From Octopus sinensis (taxonomy: Eukaryota): DNA of 64,000 bases. Below are positions 41,534-55,620 of this stretch, piece by piece. The stretch is taken from the NCBI RefSeq assembly GCF_006345805.1, contig NC_043009.1, positions 3,906,001-3,970,000 on the forward strand. The letters are read 5' to 3'. A model generated the notes under the pieces. That model saw nothing but the letters and a program-made list of their open reading frames with translations, did no database searches and had not been told where the DNA came from. The translations under genes and the position numbers were made by a program. Each line of letters begins with the position of its first letter. The stretch's first letter is position 1.

Positions 41534-42063
41534 TATACACACATAAACACACACACATATATATAATATATATATATTATATATATATGTATGTATGTAT
41601 GTATAGAGACACATAAAGACATTCTCTCACAGATATATATATATACACATATACATACATACATACATATATGTATATGCATATATATCTTTATGTTCAC
41701 AATACATGCACAGAAACGAAAGTATCGAAAAATATACATTTATGCCCGCACACACAAATACACACAACCACACACACACATAGATAAGTACATAGACATA
41801 TAGATGCACATACGCACATGCATATAACATATACATACATATACATACACAGATTCACATATATATATGTGTGTGCTTGACATGAATTTGTGTGTGTGCA
41901 CGCTCATTATTATGTGCATGCTGTGTGCACCTCGATTTCACGTATTAATGATAAGAAAACTTTATTCAACTTTAATGAAATGCCTTTCCAATAAATACCT
42001 ACCTACCTACATACATACATATATATATATATATGTATGTGTGGTGTGTGTGTATAATATATA

Positions 42064-42118
<55 letters not shown>

Positions 42119-42151
42119 ATATATATATATGTTAATATATATATATATGTA

Positions 42152-42198
<47 letters not shown>

Positions 42199-42912
42199 AG
42201 TATGAATCTATCTATGTATGTATATATGTATATATATATATTATGATGCAAGAGAACAGGTAGTAAAATTTGTTAAATATATCTTTGAAATTACACCATA
42301 AATATGCATCGCTGAACAGAATGATGCTGGAAGGTAGATAATGGCTACACGAAGCAATAATATCAGAGACTTCGCATTAACAACAACAACAACAACAACT
42401 ACAACACTATTTTGTTAATTGTTTTTCCTATCTAGCTCTGTGTATTTAATTTCGTGTGTCGCTCTGTGGGTTAGATGTCTGCCTCTTCATTTATTTACCT
42501 ACGTGTGCCTCTGTACGTATATATATACATACATATATATACATGTATGTGTGTGTTTGTGTGTGAGAGAAAGTGAGTGTGTGTATGTGTATGTGTGTAA
42601 GTATGTGTATCTGTAATTAACTATATATATACATATATATACATACACACGCAGAAATATTACATATAAACATAGAATGTAATTCTTACATTCATCACTA
42701 TTTTCTTTCGCTTTATTCCTGCTGTATATACAATCGTGTGTGCGCGTATGTGTAGCGATGTGTGTGAGACTGTGGGGTGTTGAATCTCTGTATTTAGCTC
42801 TTTCTTTATCCTTGGTGTTTGTTTGTTTCTTTTATTTTTTTCTAGATTCTTCTCCCCGGTTAATACATTTTTTCTGAAGCATGTTGCAATTACATATATA
42901 TAATGTGTGTGC

Positions 42913-42960
<48 letters not shown>

Positions 42961-43090
42961 CTATATTATATATAGTCTATATGATATATATATATACATA
43001 TATAATATACATAATATATATATATACATATATATATATGCATAGATACCGTACATAATAATATATACATAATATTATTATATATATATA

Positions 43091-43158
<68 letters not shown>

Positions 43159-43312
43159 TATATATAAATATAAATATATATATATATATTACATACGTTC
43201 ATATACACATCGATATGTGTGTGTAGGCATGTTTTATGCATATTTGCGTGTGTGATTGTGTGGTTAAATATCAGAATAAGAATGGCATGCATATGTATAT
43301 ATATGCGTTTAC

Positions 43313-43350
<38 letters not shown>

Positions 43351-43388
43351 ATATATTATATATATATACATATATATATATATACATC

Positions 43389-43420
<32 letters not shown>

Positions 43421-44390
43421 AGATAGAAGATAGAAGATAGATAGATAGATTAGATAGATAGATAGATAGATAGATAGATGATGGATAGATAGATAGATAG
43501 ATAGATACATATAAATATGTATGTGTGTATGTTTGTTTATATATGTCATGTAACTGTGATGACACCCATGCACAAATATATACACGTGTTCTCATGTACG
43601 TATTTCTAATTATACCTATCGATTACTTTACTGCAAAATCATCAACAATTTTGAAATCTAAACACAAACAACATTCACCTGGAGTAAACATAGAAAATTA
43701 TAAGCGCGCGCGTAAAAATATACAAAGATTAATTCATACATGTAAGTATATTACGTATGTAAGTGTGCATGGAGGCATGGATGTCTCGGTATGTATTATA
43801 TTTATTTACGCAAGTATACATGTTTGTACACCTATGCATGTTTGTATGTGTATATGTGTGTGTGTGTGTGGGAAATATGGATAAATGAATATATATATAA
43901 ACACACACATGATATGTAATAGATATACCGCTCTGTGTACATATATATATAAATAAACGTAAATATGTACAGATTTATATATGTATATATACATATACAA
44001 GGCTGTGCAATTAAATTCACTCATGAATATGTAAATTATATACATTTTCGCCGAAGCTGTAGAGATTTTGAAACATACGTGCATACGTACTCGCAGACAC
44101 ACACACACACACACAGCACATATCAGGACAGAAATATCTGCGACTATATATATGTCTTTCTATATACAGATAATTACAGACACACAGACACACACGCACA
44201 CACACACATATATATATGTACATATATATATCTATATATTTATATATATATTATAGATACATACATATATTATATATATCACATCACATATATATATATT
44301 AATACATACTATATGTATATAATATACATATATGTATGTATATATATATATATGTTGATGTATAGATATATATATACATATATGTATGTA

Positions 44391-44436
<46 letters not shown>

Positions 44437-45403
44437 CGTATACAACGACGTACATATATACGTATGTGAATATAAATGTAAGCAATATCTTGCACATTTA
44501 TATCGACGCTGCAAAATATAAATTAGAATTGGTAATCAGTTGGAAAAAATGTTTAACCCACCTGGAAAATATCCATTACTGTGATACTAATTTACCAATG
44601 TTAGAAGATTGTTTTCTCAATAGATGATGATATCGAAATAGCCATTAGTTTTTATACTTTTGTTTATGTTGTTGTGTGTATATTCAAAATTTATTTCTAG
44701 ATCTATATGCATAAGTATATGTGTATGAGAGCATATATATATTATATATATATATATATATAATTATATATAAGTATGTGCTTGTGTGTGTGTGTATATT
44801 TATTTCTATAGTTGTGTCTATATGTTATACGTTCATACGTTCGTACATGGGGATATATGAATGTGTATTGTATGCGTGTGTATGTGTATACACACATACA
44901 CACGCATACAAAATACATGTGTGAGTATGGCTGCTGTTGTTTGCGTATATATATCTGTGTGTTCGTGTGTGTGTGTGTGTGTGTGTGATTGCTTCTCATG
45001 TATATTGGAATTTGTGAATGTGTCTATTTGATCAATCGCTTTATTCGTCAAGGCAAGATTGATCGTGGTGATAATTATCACCATTAACCTTATTCTGTTT
45101 TCATCAGCATCATTATCACATCCTCCGCCTCATCCACATCATCATCATCATCATCACTCTATATTAGCAACATCAATTCTACGGTGACAATGAGATGATG
45201 ATAATGAAGCGGATGATGATGATGATGATGATGAAGAGGAGGAGGTGCTGGAGGAGAAAGAATAGGATAATGATTACCGCCCATCCCGTCCTCATTGTTG
45301 CCCTCGTCTCTTCCATCATCACCATTTTCATCGACGTGAAGGTCACTACAAGGTTAAAATTACCATCACAATCATCATCATCGTCGTCATAGTCATCATA
45401 ATA

Positions 45404-45991
45404 CTTTCTACTAAAGGCACAAGGCCTGAAACTTTTGGGTGTGAGATAATCGATTACATCCACCCCAGTGTTTCACTGATACTCAATTTATTGACTCCGA
45501 AAGGGTGAAAGGCAAAGCCGAACTCGGCGAAATTTGAAACTCAGAACGTAACGACAGACGGCGAGCTAACATTTTTATTTCTTTACTGCCCACAAGGGGC
45601 TACACACAGAAGGGACAAACAAGGACAGACAAACGGATTAAGTCGATTATATCGTTCCCACTGCGTAACTGGTACATATTTAATCGACCCCGAAAGGATG
45701 AAAGGCAAAGTCAACCTCGGCAGAAGTTGAACTCAGAACGTAGCGGCAGGTGAAATACCTATTTCTTTATTACCCACAAGGGGCTAAACATAGAGGGGAC
45801 AAACAAGGAGAGACATAGGTATGAAGTCGATTACATCCACCCCAGTGCGTAACTGGTATTTAATTTATAGACCCCGAAAGGATGAAAGGCAAAGTCGACC
45901 TTGGCGGAAATTGAACTCACAACGTAACGACAGACGAAATACCGCTAAGCATTTCGCCCGGCTTGCTAACGATTCTGCCAGGTCCTCGCCC
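45404..45991 (-). mobile_element. SINE family B (3 modules)
   Basis: Three copies of the GTCGATTA...CCGAAAGG.TGAAAGGCAAAG...GAACTCAGAACG module, followed by the head. Confidence 0.85.
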
Positions 45992-46569
45992 TGTCATTGT
46001 AGCCATCATAGTAATATTCATTGCTAGTCGATGTCGTTGTCGCTGTCGTCTTTTATAAAAACAGTAACATCGGTACTATAAGTACCGCCACCACCAACGC
46101 CGATATTTTTGCCTTCGTCAGCATCATCATCATTTCCATCATCCATCATCATCATCATCATCCCGATACCAAACATTGGAATGACGATCTCGGTCAATAC
46201 CACTACATAGTTATCCATGATTTGGGTGACATACTTTTCCGAATTTCCAGTGTGATGTGGTTCCCGGTAAAAGTTTATTATCAAAACAACAAACGAAATA
46301 ATGAAGCTAGAATAAACACGCTGTTAATTCTCCGAGATACAAGAGATCTACTTTTGCATCTGGTGCCTCTTCTGATTATCTTTCATTGTTTCTTGACCAG
46401 CGTCCATCGCCATCGAGCTCAGCACTTTTGAAAATCCAAAAGAAATCGTGTATGAGAGAATAGTGCCAACCCCTGAGCTATATTTTTAATCCAACTCTTT
46501 TCTAGTAACATTTGAAACTTTATCTATAGTCTCGTTAAATCAACTAAACTTGAAACCACAGATGATACA

Positions 46570-46752
46570 GTTCTATATTTAAGAGATGTGGAATTATGTT
46601 CAAACTTTACATTATTTACATTTGTCGGATATTTGTCCTCAGCTTGTTTGTTGTTAAAACAACGTTTCGGCTGATATACCCCACCAGCCTTCATCAGGTG
46701 TCTTGGGGAAATTTCGAAGCTGTGTTCTCATTCCAATGGCATTTTCGATGTT

Positions 46753-46795
<43 letters not shown>
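46570..46795 (-). mobile_element. Family 4 hammerhead element, third copy (HHR at 46657-46701)
   Basis: ACAC-CTGATGA-A-GGCTG(gtggggtatat)CAGCC-GAAA-CG-TT-GTTT, preceded on minus by (AAT)n; homologous to 35240-35410. Confidence 0.75.
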
Positions 46796-47555
46796 GTGTG
46801 TCAAAAGCCAGCTGGAGGATATGTCTTCCTGGGGCTACAAGCTAAAGTAGCATCAACCCTTAAGGGTTAGCCACATTTAGGTGGCAAATATACTTCACAA
46901 TGTCGTGCTGCTTCTGTTTATATCTTGCTCAGAGATTTATTATTGCCCCTTAATAGTTTATTCTACATTTATATTTCCAAGTTGCTAGTATTATTTCATT
47001 GTGAGAGAAGGTGGCAAGACAACAGAATCGTTACTGAGACAGAAAAAATGCCTAGCGGCGTTTCTTACGTACTTACGTTCTGAGTCCTTCGGGATCGACT
47101 TTGCCTTTCATCCATTTCAAGGTCGAAAAAAATTAGTACCAGTTGTGTACTGGTTTGATGTAAACAATTACCTTAGTTGGAGACTACCGCCAGGTGTTCT
47201 ACATTATTTGATGATACCATAGAATGGTTAATACCTTATCTAGCACTATTGAAGAACATTCATTCTTTTGCCTCCAAAGAACTAACATATAACTCTCTTC
47301 ACAGACCTTTCACTTTGTGCTTTGAGCAAAGCCGATTTCTTTGCAGTAGATTTGTTATTTTCTGAAGTACTTAAAACAATGCTCATCTGTATACACAATA
47401 CATAATATATTCTCCACTGTGTCATTTTTAGCTCTATGCATTTCTCTCTATGTGCACTTTGAGTTATGTATACTTATGTCTGTATCTACAGTTTGTTGGG
47501 ACTTAGTTTGGCGACTTTTTATGCTTCCTTTCTTCAGGAACATCGTGATCAATTA

Positions 47556-47781
47556 CTCTTTTTTTACTTGTTTCAGTCATTTAACTGTGGCCATGCTGGA
47601 GCACCGCCTTTAGTCAAGCAAATCGACCCCAGGACTTATTCGTTGTAAGCCTAGTACTTATTCTATCGGTCTCTTTTGCCGAGCCGCTAAGTTACGGGTA
47701 CGTAAATACATCAGCATCGGTTGTCAAGCGATGTTGGGGGGGACAAAGACACACAAATACGTATACACACACACACACACA

Positions 47782-47820
<39 letters not shown>

Positions 47821-47995
47821 GCATATATATACGACGGGCGTCTTTCGGTTTCCGTCTACCAAATCCACTCACAAGTCTTTGGTCGGGCCGAGGATATAGT
47901 AGAAGACACTTGCTGAAGGTGCCACGCAGTGGGACTGAACCCGGAACCATGTGGTTGGTAAGCAAGCTACTTACCACACAGCCACTCTTACGTCT
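47556..47995 (-). mobile_element. SINE family A, full length
   Basis: Reverse complement of the 4232-4678 type. Confidence 0.87.
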
Positions 47996-48006
47996 TAAAA
48001 CTTGAA

Positions 48007-48082
48007 CGCTGCGGGCAGGATTCGAACCTGCGCGGGTATAACCCATTGGATTTCAAGTCCAACGCCTTAACCACACCACAGC
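48007..48082 (-). pseudogene. tRNA-Ser(TGA) with ~6-nt D-arm deletion
   Basis: GCTGTGGTGTGGTTAAGGCGTTGGACTTGAAATCCAATGGGTTATACCCGCGCAGGTTCGAATCCTGCCCGCAGCG. Acceptor stem, anticodon stem TTGGA/TCCAA, long variable arm and T arm are intact; the 5' D-stem is missing; TTTT follows 6 nt downstream. Confidence 0.85.
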
Positions 48083-48179
48083 CACAATTGTAGAACATAA
48101 ATATTGAAATTATAGCTGAGATAAAGTTAGTTGAAATGGAGGACTAAAAATCATTTAAATATTGGAAAAGAACTAATTG

Positions 48180-48735
48180 TGTCATGATTTGCACTGGATA
48201 TCAAAATGGAGAGATAAGCACCGCTGTTCAATGATCTGTGAATGTGTAAATGTAGTAAGGCGTGATTTAGCTACAGTGGAAAATCACGAAGCCGTGGCCA
48301 GCAGGAGGAGGCACAGTTTCCGTTGTGACTGCTCCGCACGCCTGGATTCATCCAGCATGTAATGGACATGAACTTAGGCTCAATTCTGACGGCTGTGTGA
48401 AACTGCTGAAGACTGTTGCGAAATCCTGATTAGAGCAGGTTGCAGCTGGAAGCAGTATTGAAGGAATATTCGGCACATCATCACAACTCCGGAAAGTGTC
48501 AGAAGAGGCTGATCGTGGATTTTTAAGTCTGCCGCGTCACCCTCAATTTCTGTCCTCCTAATTCCCCCTGATTCTAGTAATCCCGCTTTACGCTGTAACA
48601 AGACTGAGCTGGTGGCCAAGATCAAAGGGGTGTTCGTTCGAAAATCTTCTCAGGGATACAGTTAGGTGAACATGCACTAGTTCCAGAAACTTGTCGAGGC
48701 CATGACGGAAGCTGAGGGGTGTCACTTTGAGTACA
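48180..48735 (+). mobile_element. Decayed Tc1/mariner-superfamily (maT/DD37D-like) transposase relic
   Basis: Hand translation gives LRLNSDGCVKLLKTVAKS*LEQVAAG, NKTELVAKIKGVF and DTVR*TC...LVEAMTEAEGCHFE, resembling the C-terminal signature of these transposases. Confidence 0.65.
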
Positions 48736-48957
48736 TTGTTAACTCCAGGTCATAATCTATTTAATATGTTATGTGCTGTAATATATTTTTTACATATGGA
48801 GGGCACATTGCGTTTTACATAGATACATGTAAATATATGAATGTATACATATGTAAATATATGTGTATAAATGTATATATACATGTATATACGTATATCT
48901 GTGTGTGAGTGCGTGTGTATACACTTATATATGCAACATGCATATGCATATATATAC

Positions 48958-48997
<40 letters not shown>

Positions 48998-49171
48998 TAT
49001 ATATTATATATATATAATATATGTATATCTATGTGATCATGTGATCACGTGACCGACCAGACTACAGATGTTGCTATACATCGCTGGTCACAATGCATTC
49101 GCATTGTTTTAGCCTTCGAATGACGCCACCCCGCTGGCTAAGCGAGCAGGCCAGTATATATGTATTATACG

Positions 49172-49205
<34 letters not shown>

Positions 49206-49293
49206 ATATATATTGAGAGAGAGAGAGAGAGAGAGAATATACATAAAATATATATGCATATATATATGTATATATATATATATACATACACAG

Positions 49294-49330
<37 letters not shown>

Positions 49331-49338
49331 TATATATA

Positions 49339-49404
<66 letters not shown>

Positions 49405-49944
49405 TGCTTTAGGGTGCCCGCCGGCAAGGGCAATAAGAATATTAATATATTTGATGTTGGCAATTACATCTAATTGGTTTTAGTAATAAAAATTAAATAT
49501 TATCCATTAGCGCATTATTATTATTGTTGTTGTTGTTGTTATTTTAATATCTGTCTTATTGATCTGTGACCATACTGTGTCTACACTTTCAAAGTTTTCT
49601 CTTGAATGTATTATCCCTGCTGAATATCTGACAGATATCTTATCGCTTTTGGAATGAAGCAAAGCGAAGTCGATCTGTGTTTGAACTCAAAATATAACTT
49701 TCCCTCATTGAATACCACGAAATGCCGACAGTCTATCGATTACATTACCGACATTTCAACATACATTTGTATACACCCGACGGAATTTTCTGTTGTTCAT
49801 ATTTATCAGGTTTCATTGGGGAGGCTTTGGTCGACTGAGTATGTGATTGAACCATGAGATTGCAAAATGAACTGTTTAAACATATGGGCATACCGACAGG
49901 TCCACAACTACACAGATACATATATATATATATATATATAGAGA

Positions 49945-50044
49945 NNNNNNNNNNNNNNNNNNNNNNNNNNNNNNNNNNNNNNNNNNNNNNNNNNNNNNNN
50001 NNNNNNNNNNNNNNNNNNNNNNNNNNNNNNNNNNNNNNNNNNNN
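49945..50044. other. Assembly gap (100 N)
   Basis: Run of N. Confidence 1.
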
Positions 50045-50251
50045 TAGAAAGTATAGGCGTGGGCGTGGCTGGGTGATTAGAAAAATGCTCCCCGGTCACA
50101 TGGTTCCGGGTTCAACCCCACTGCCTGGCTTCTTGATCAATTGTCATCAATTATAGCCCCGCGTTGACTGTATCCTTGTGGGTAGAATTAGTGCTTGCAT
50201 ATGTATGTGTGTGTGTGTGCACCCGTATGTATTCATATATACATATACATG

Positions 50252-50285
<34 letters not shown>

Positions 50286-50289
<4 letters not shown>

Positions 50290-50458
50290 CGTAGGAGTGG
50301 CTGTGTGATATGTAGCTTGCTTACCAACCACATGGTTCCGAGTTCAGTCCCACAGCGTGGCACCTTGCGCAAGTGTCTTCTACTACTGCCTCGGGCCGAC
50401 CAAAGCCTTGTGAGTGGATTTGGTAGGCGGAAACTGAAAGAAGCCCGTCGTATAGATG

Positions 50459-50490
<32 letters not shown>

Positions 50491-50552
50491 CATATGTTTG
50501 TGTGTCTGTGTTTGTCCCCCCTCCCAACTGAAACAAGTAAAAGAGTAAAAGA
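50286..50552 (+). mobile_element. SINE family A, internally deleted
   Basis: 5' half intact, then a jump from TGTCCCCC directly to the CTGAAACAAGTAAAAGAG tail. Confidence 0.8.
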
Positions 50553-50626
50553 GTATACATGTAGACAGATAGATTAATAGATAGATACATGCCATGCACA
50601 TATACATACGCAGACACAAATATATA

Positions 50627-50681
<55 letters not shown>

Positions 50682-50749
50682 TTTCATTGTTTGCCACCAG
50701 GGCGATTGGTGAGGGGGACAATACAAAGACAAACATAAAGTGTTGGGGG

Positions 50750-50780
<31 letters not shown>

Positions 50781-51508
50781 ACAATTATGTATAAATACCG
50801 GGTGTTGATTTGGTCTGAAACATGAAGGGTTTAATAAAATAAGTCACCGTTCTTCTTTTAAGTTTGGATGCTTATTTTTAGATGTGTTTTGATGAAACAC
50901 TTGCCGTGAACAAACCGACAAGGATTGCCAAACCGCGAGGGAAACGACTACACACATATACATAGGCCCGTTTCATTTACAAACAAGGAGAACAAGAGAT
51001 AGATAGAGAGGCAGGTGTGTATAAAAGTATTCCTTTCTATTGAAATATCGGGGTTTGGGGATAGTCGAAATACATCGACTCCAAGGGCTCCAACTGGTAC
51101 TTATTTTTTCGAACTCTAAATACTGAAAGGCAAAATCGAACGTATGACGGTTGAAATGTCGCTCAGCTAACGTTTCTGTCAACTCGCTAGTCGATCAATT
51201 GCTGCAGGAGTGATTCAAGTTCATAACGTTTCGTGCCATTATATTTATCATATATTTTTAAGCGCATGGCAAGTAAATACAGACTTGTATATCATTTACG
51301 GAGAAAAATCAGCTAATTAATTCTTAGAGTATAATAAAGATTTTACTATTGAATATTTTACATCTGAGAAGGGAATTATTTTCTCCATAAAAATGTACAC
51401 ATATTCAAGTGTCTATATTGTAGTAGTTTTCTTTTTTTTTTTTTGTATCTCTCAAAACTTTCTTATCGCCTGGGATATCAGCGATAGATTTATGTGATCA
51501 ACAGACAA

Positions 51509-51540
<32 letters not shown>

Positions 51541-51726
51541 TATATATATATATATATGCATGCATATATAAATGAATGTATGCGATTTCGTACATATACA
51601 CTCGGTAATACAATACAGGCGTATTCCATAGGGTATATCTCAATTATTAAGCAAGGCCTTTTTCACCGAAAGTGCTAATCTCTGAAATACGATATAAAGG
51701 AAATATGTGTAATTTTACTTAGTGAA

Positions 51727-51761
<35 letters not shown>

Positions 51762-51808
51762 ATATATATATATACATATATATGTATATACATACATACA
51801 TACATACA

Positions 51809-51840
<32 letters not shown>

Positions 51841-52099
51841 AACTCAGAAGACCACACATGCACTCAGACACACATATATGTATGCTTGTCTATTTATATG
51901 TATGACTGGCGTGCTCTCTGTGATTGTAAGTAACGAGAGAAAAACTATAAATTTTCATAATTAAGTATGAAAACTAAAAGATTTGCGGTTCATTACGAAA
52001 ATATAAAATTTAATATAAAAAAATTAAGTGTATATTTCATTAAAAATTTAATAATTAAGTGTTAAGCAGGTTAGGTTTCGTATTTTTTAATCTGCCTTG

Positions 52100-52130
<31 letters not shown>

Positions 52131-52200
52131 TTACAAACGGGAGCTTTTCTCTCTGTGTTTATACAAATGTATATATATATAATGTATGTATATATATATA

Positions 52201-52252
<52 letters not shown>

Positions 52253-52267
52253 TGTATATATTTCATA

Positions 52268-52650
52268 TAGGCGCAGGCGTGGCTGGATGGTGAGAAACTT
52301 GTTTCCCAATCACATGTTTCCGGGTTCAGTCCTACTATGTAGCACCTTGGGCAAGCGTTTTCTGGCAGACGAAAGACCTGTGAGTTGATTTGGTTGACGA
52401 AGCCTAAAAGGCGCTTGACGTATATATACATATATACGTCTCAGTTTGTACGCCTGGCTTTGTCTCCAACACCCAACCGCCTTAATGCTCTAAAACGAGT
52501 GTTGGTGTGTTTATATCCCCTTACCTTAGCGGTTTGGCAATAGAGACTGATACAGTAAGTACTGGGCTTTAAAATAATTACTGCAGTCGATTGATTCAAG
52601 TAAAATTCTTCAAGGCGGTGCTGCAGTATGGCCGCAGTCTCGTGAATGAA
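52268..52650 (+). mobile_element. SINE family A, old degenerate copy
   Basis: AGGCGCAGGCGTGGCTG head and AAGGCGGTGCTGCAGTATGGCCGCAGTC tail. Confidence 0.7.
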
Positions 52651-53044
52651 AAAATAGAAGAATATCGTGTGTATGTGTACATGAGAGTATGCGTACGTAA
52701 TTATACACACATATATAGGTATTTGTATATACCTGTACGTACAGATATGCATATATACGTTACGTAATGCGGAACGAATGAAACAGAAGTGCTCAATGCA
52801 TATTGTAGAGGCTGGAGATGTTATCAAAACGTACATATACATATATATACTATGTTGTCCTTTCATTTTCCGTCAGCCATATCCAATGATAAGGCTTTGG
52901 TCAACTCGGGTCAATAGTAAAAGACACTTGACCAAAGTGTCACTGATTGTGACGGAACCCAGATCCATGATGCTGGGAAGCAATCATCTTGCTACTAAAC
53001 AATACCTGTAGCGATGATACTCACACACACACACACATACACAG

Positions 53045-53089
<45 letters not shown>

Positions 53090-54729
53090 TATATATATAT
53101 ATATCTGTGTGTGTGTATACACACACACACATATATATATATATGTATATATATTGGTTTATATATTCGTTTTGCAAGATTCTTGATGTGAAATCGTGTG
53201 TTGAAACAGATATTGTTCTATTTGGGGAGGGTCATGTTGTCAGTTTAGCCAATAATAACACACACACTATATATTTGGTGTTAATTTGTTTCAGCTTTAT
53301 TTTATTTTTACATTAATCGTATTTCGGGCAGAGTTCTTTTGTCACACTTCTGTGACCTCATCAGTAGTCCTTTGCTTTCTTCTTTCTTATATGTGTGTCT
53401 CTCCTTACTAAAGAATCAACCATTTTGTATGTTGTATTCCTATTGTATGTGTCTTTATTTGTGCATGCATGTGTCTGTGTGTGTCTACGTGTGTCTATGT
53501 TTAGTAAGTACGTCTCCACACACAAACGTGCGCACTTTTGCGAAATAAAGTCAAATTTTATGGGAACTTTACCCTTCACAAATAGATTCTCCGAATATTG
53601 TCGTTGCCATAGCGTAAAGTCAAACAAAGTTTATGAATAACATCGTATACCATCAAAATTTATTTTTAATAAACAGTGTTTCTGCCGAATAAAATTTGCT
53701 ACGAGAAAATTTTTTCTAAATAATGTTACTTAATTTTAAAATGACATATGTTAAAAATATAATAATTATAAGACGAAGAGCAAATACACGAAATATAAAC
53801 AAATAAATTAATGTTGCTACGAACAAAATAACGATTGACATATTCAAAAATTGAAAATTGATAATTGAACATGTTCTTTCCAAAACATGTTTATTTGCAC
53901 TCGTACAGGTAAATATGGCATCAAATATTATGGGCGAGAAATAACCATTATAAAATGAAATTATAGAAGCCTTTAATATAGGCCTTTACAACTTCGCTAA
54001 AAACGACGTGTAAGGTGCAAAAAATAACTCTACAACCAAGAAATTAAATAGATTTAAAACATCCCGAAAAACATTATTAATGCTTCATCGAACAAAAAGG
54101 AACAAAATCTAGGAAATAGGTTGCAACGTAGGAATATTGTCTAATAAGATAGCAACAACTTACAACTCGAAATGAATCGCACAACTCTTAACAACCTTAA
54201 AACCAAGTAAATTGCTACTATCTGAAAATAGGTAAGCTCCGCAGAATATATAAAATTACGTAAACTGTATATTACCTTAATTTATTAACAACCCAAATGT
54301 AAATATAGGTTGACTAAGCTAAGAAGAACTAAATTGAACATAGCAATAATAATCTAGTCTATACCAATGTTAAGACTTAAAATAGGACTTTTACTTCCAT
54401 TATTGAATAATATTAGTTTCGCCATAAAATATTTCAACCTTAATGATAAAAACACTGGGAATTTGCGTGATTTGATATAGTAGAATTATATCCCTCTCGT
54501 AGTCTCTGAATCCAATGCAAGAATATTTCATTTTCACTTTATATTTGGGCCAAGACTTGTTTGGTAATTCCATGGATATTGAAAACATTCCTATCATAGT
54601 AGGTTTTTTTTTTATAATGGCATCGTGGATTAGTCTTCTCTCTTCTTGTTAAAGATTGTTAAATAGGTACTTCGAAATATATTTATACATACATATGTGT
54701 GTACGTGTGTGTGTACATGTGTGGTTAAT

Positions 54730-54950
54730 AAATCGTATGGTATACACCTGGTAGTTTGCCGATAAGGCACGTTCACTGGTAGTGTTCGGTGGGTATATAA
54801 TTATTGAGGGTGACAGAAGATGGAAGATACAATATTTATTGATCACTGGAATTGTTCCGACCCATCTAGTATCGATCCCTTGTGACTGGACTATTGTATA
54901 AGTGATTTAGGTATACGCTTGGTGTAAACGTGTCTCTTCAAGTGATTTTA
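54730..54950 (-). repeat. Diverged copy of the 32010-32230 long-stem-II hammerhead repeat
   Basis: Shares CTAGATGGGTC and CAAACTACCAGGTGTATACCATACGATT; core decayed (TTGAAGA...GGAA). Confidence 0.65.
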
Positions 54951-54996
54951 GGAGCTATCTAGTTAAAATAAACTGTTTCGCTAAACTTTGTGTGTA

Positions 54997-55027
<31 letters not shown>

Positions 55028-55274
55028 CAGTTAAATTAGGTATTTAAATTGAGGTACCTTGTTAGTTCGGAGTAACATGCACTCCCAAATACATCAAACT
55101 CGGTGCAGAAGTACCAGCACCGTGTCACAGAAGTGCCACATATTCATGCAGTGTATACAGATAATAGGACCGACCTTAGTGAAGAGATCCACGCTTGGCT
55201 ATTCAGACATGTACTTTATATCAAAATAAATACTATATTTCCGAAGCATAGATTTCAGGATTGGTGAATAAAGT

Positions 55275-55620
55275 ATAAATGAGTAACAAAGATGTACAAG
55301 TGTCAATTCATTACGCCCGTTTCAAGCGAATCTTTTAATCGATTAATAAAAACATTACATTATTTCAGAGAAACCGTTTTCGTCAGATGACTGCATGAGC
55401 TTCGAGCATAAGGGATAATTCGACCGATTTAATAGAATCACAATTCCACATTGATTCTGCTGCTGTTCAGTTGGTATGTCCTTTATATTTGAAGTTCATA
55501 CAGTCATCTGACGAAAACGGTTTCTCTGAAATGATATAATATTTTCATTAATCAATTAAAGTAGTGGCTTGAAACGGCCGTAATGAATTGATACCTATAC
55601 TTTTTTGTGACTCATTTATT
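55275..55620. mobile_element. Inverted repeat (~140-bp arms), each arm with a long-insert hammerhead-like motif
   Basis: Plus arm: TCAT-CTGACGA (55508-55514)...GAAA-CGGCCG-TA-ATGA (55571-55586). Mirror copy on minus at 55308-55390. Confidence 0.7.
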
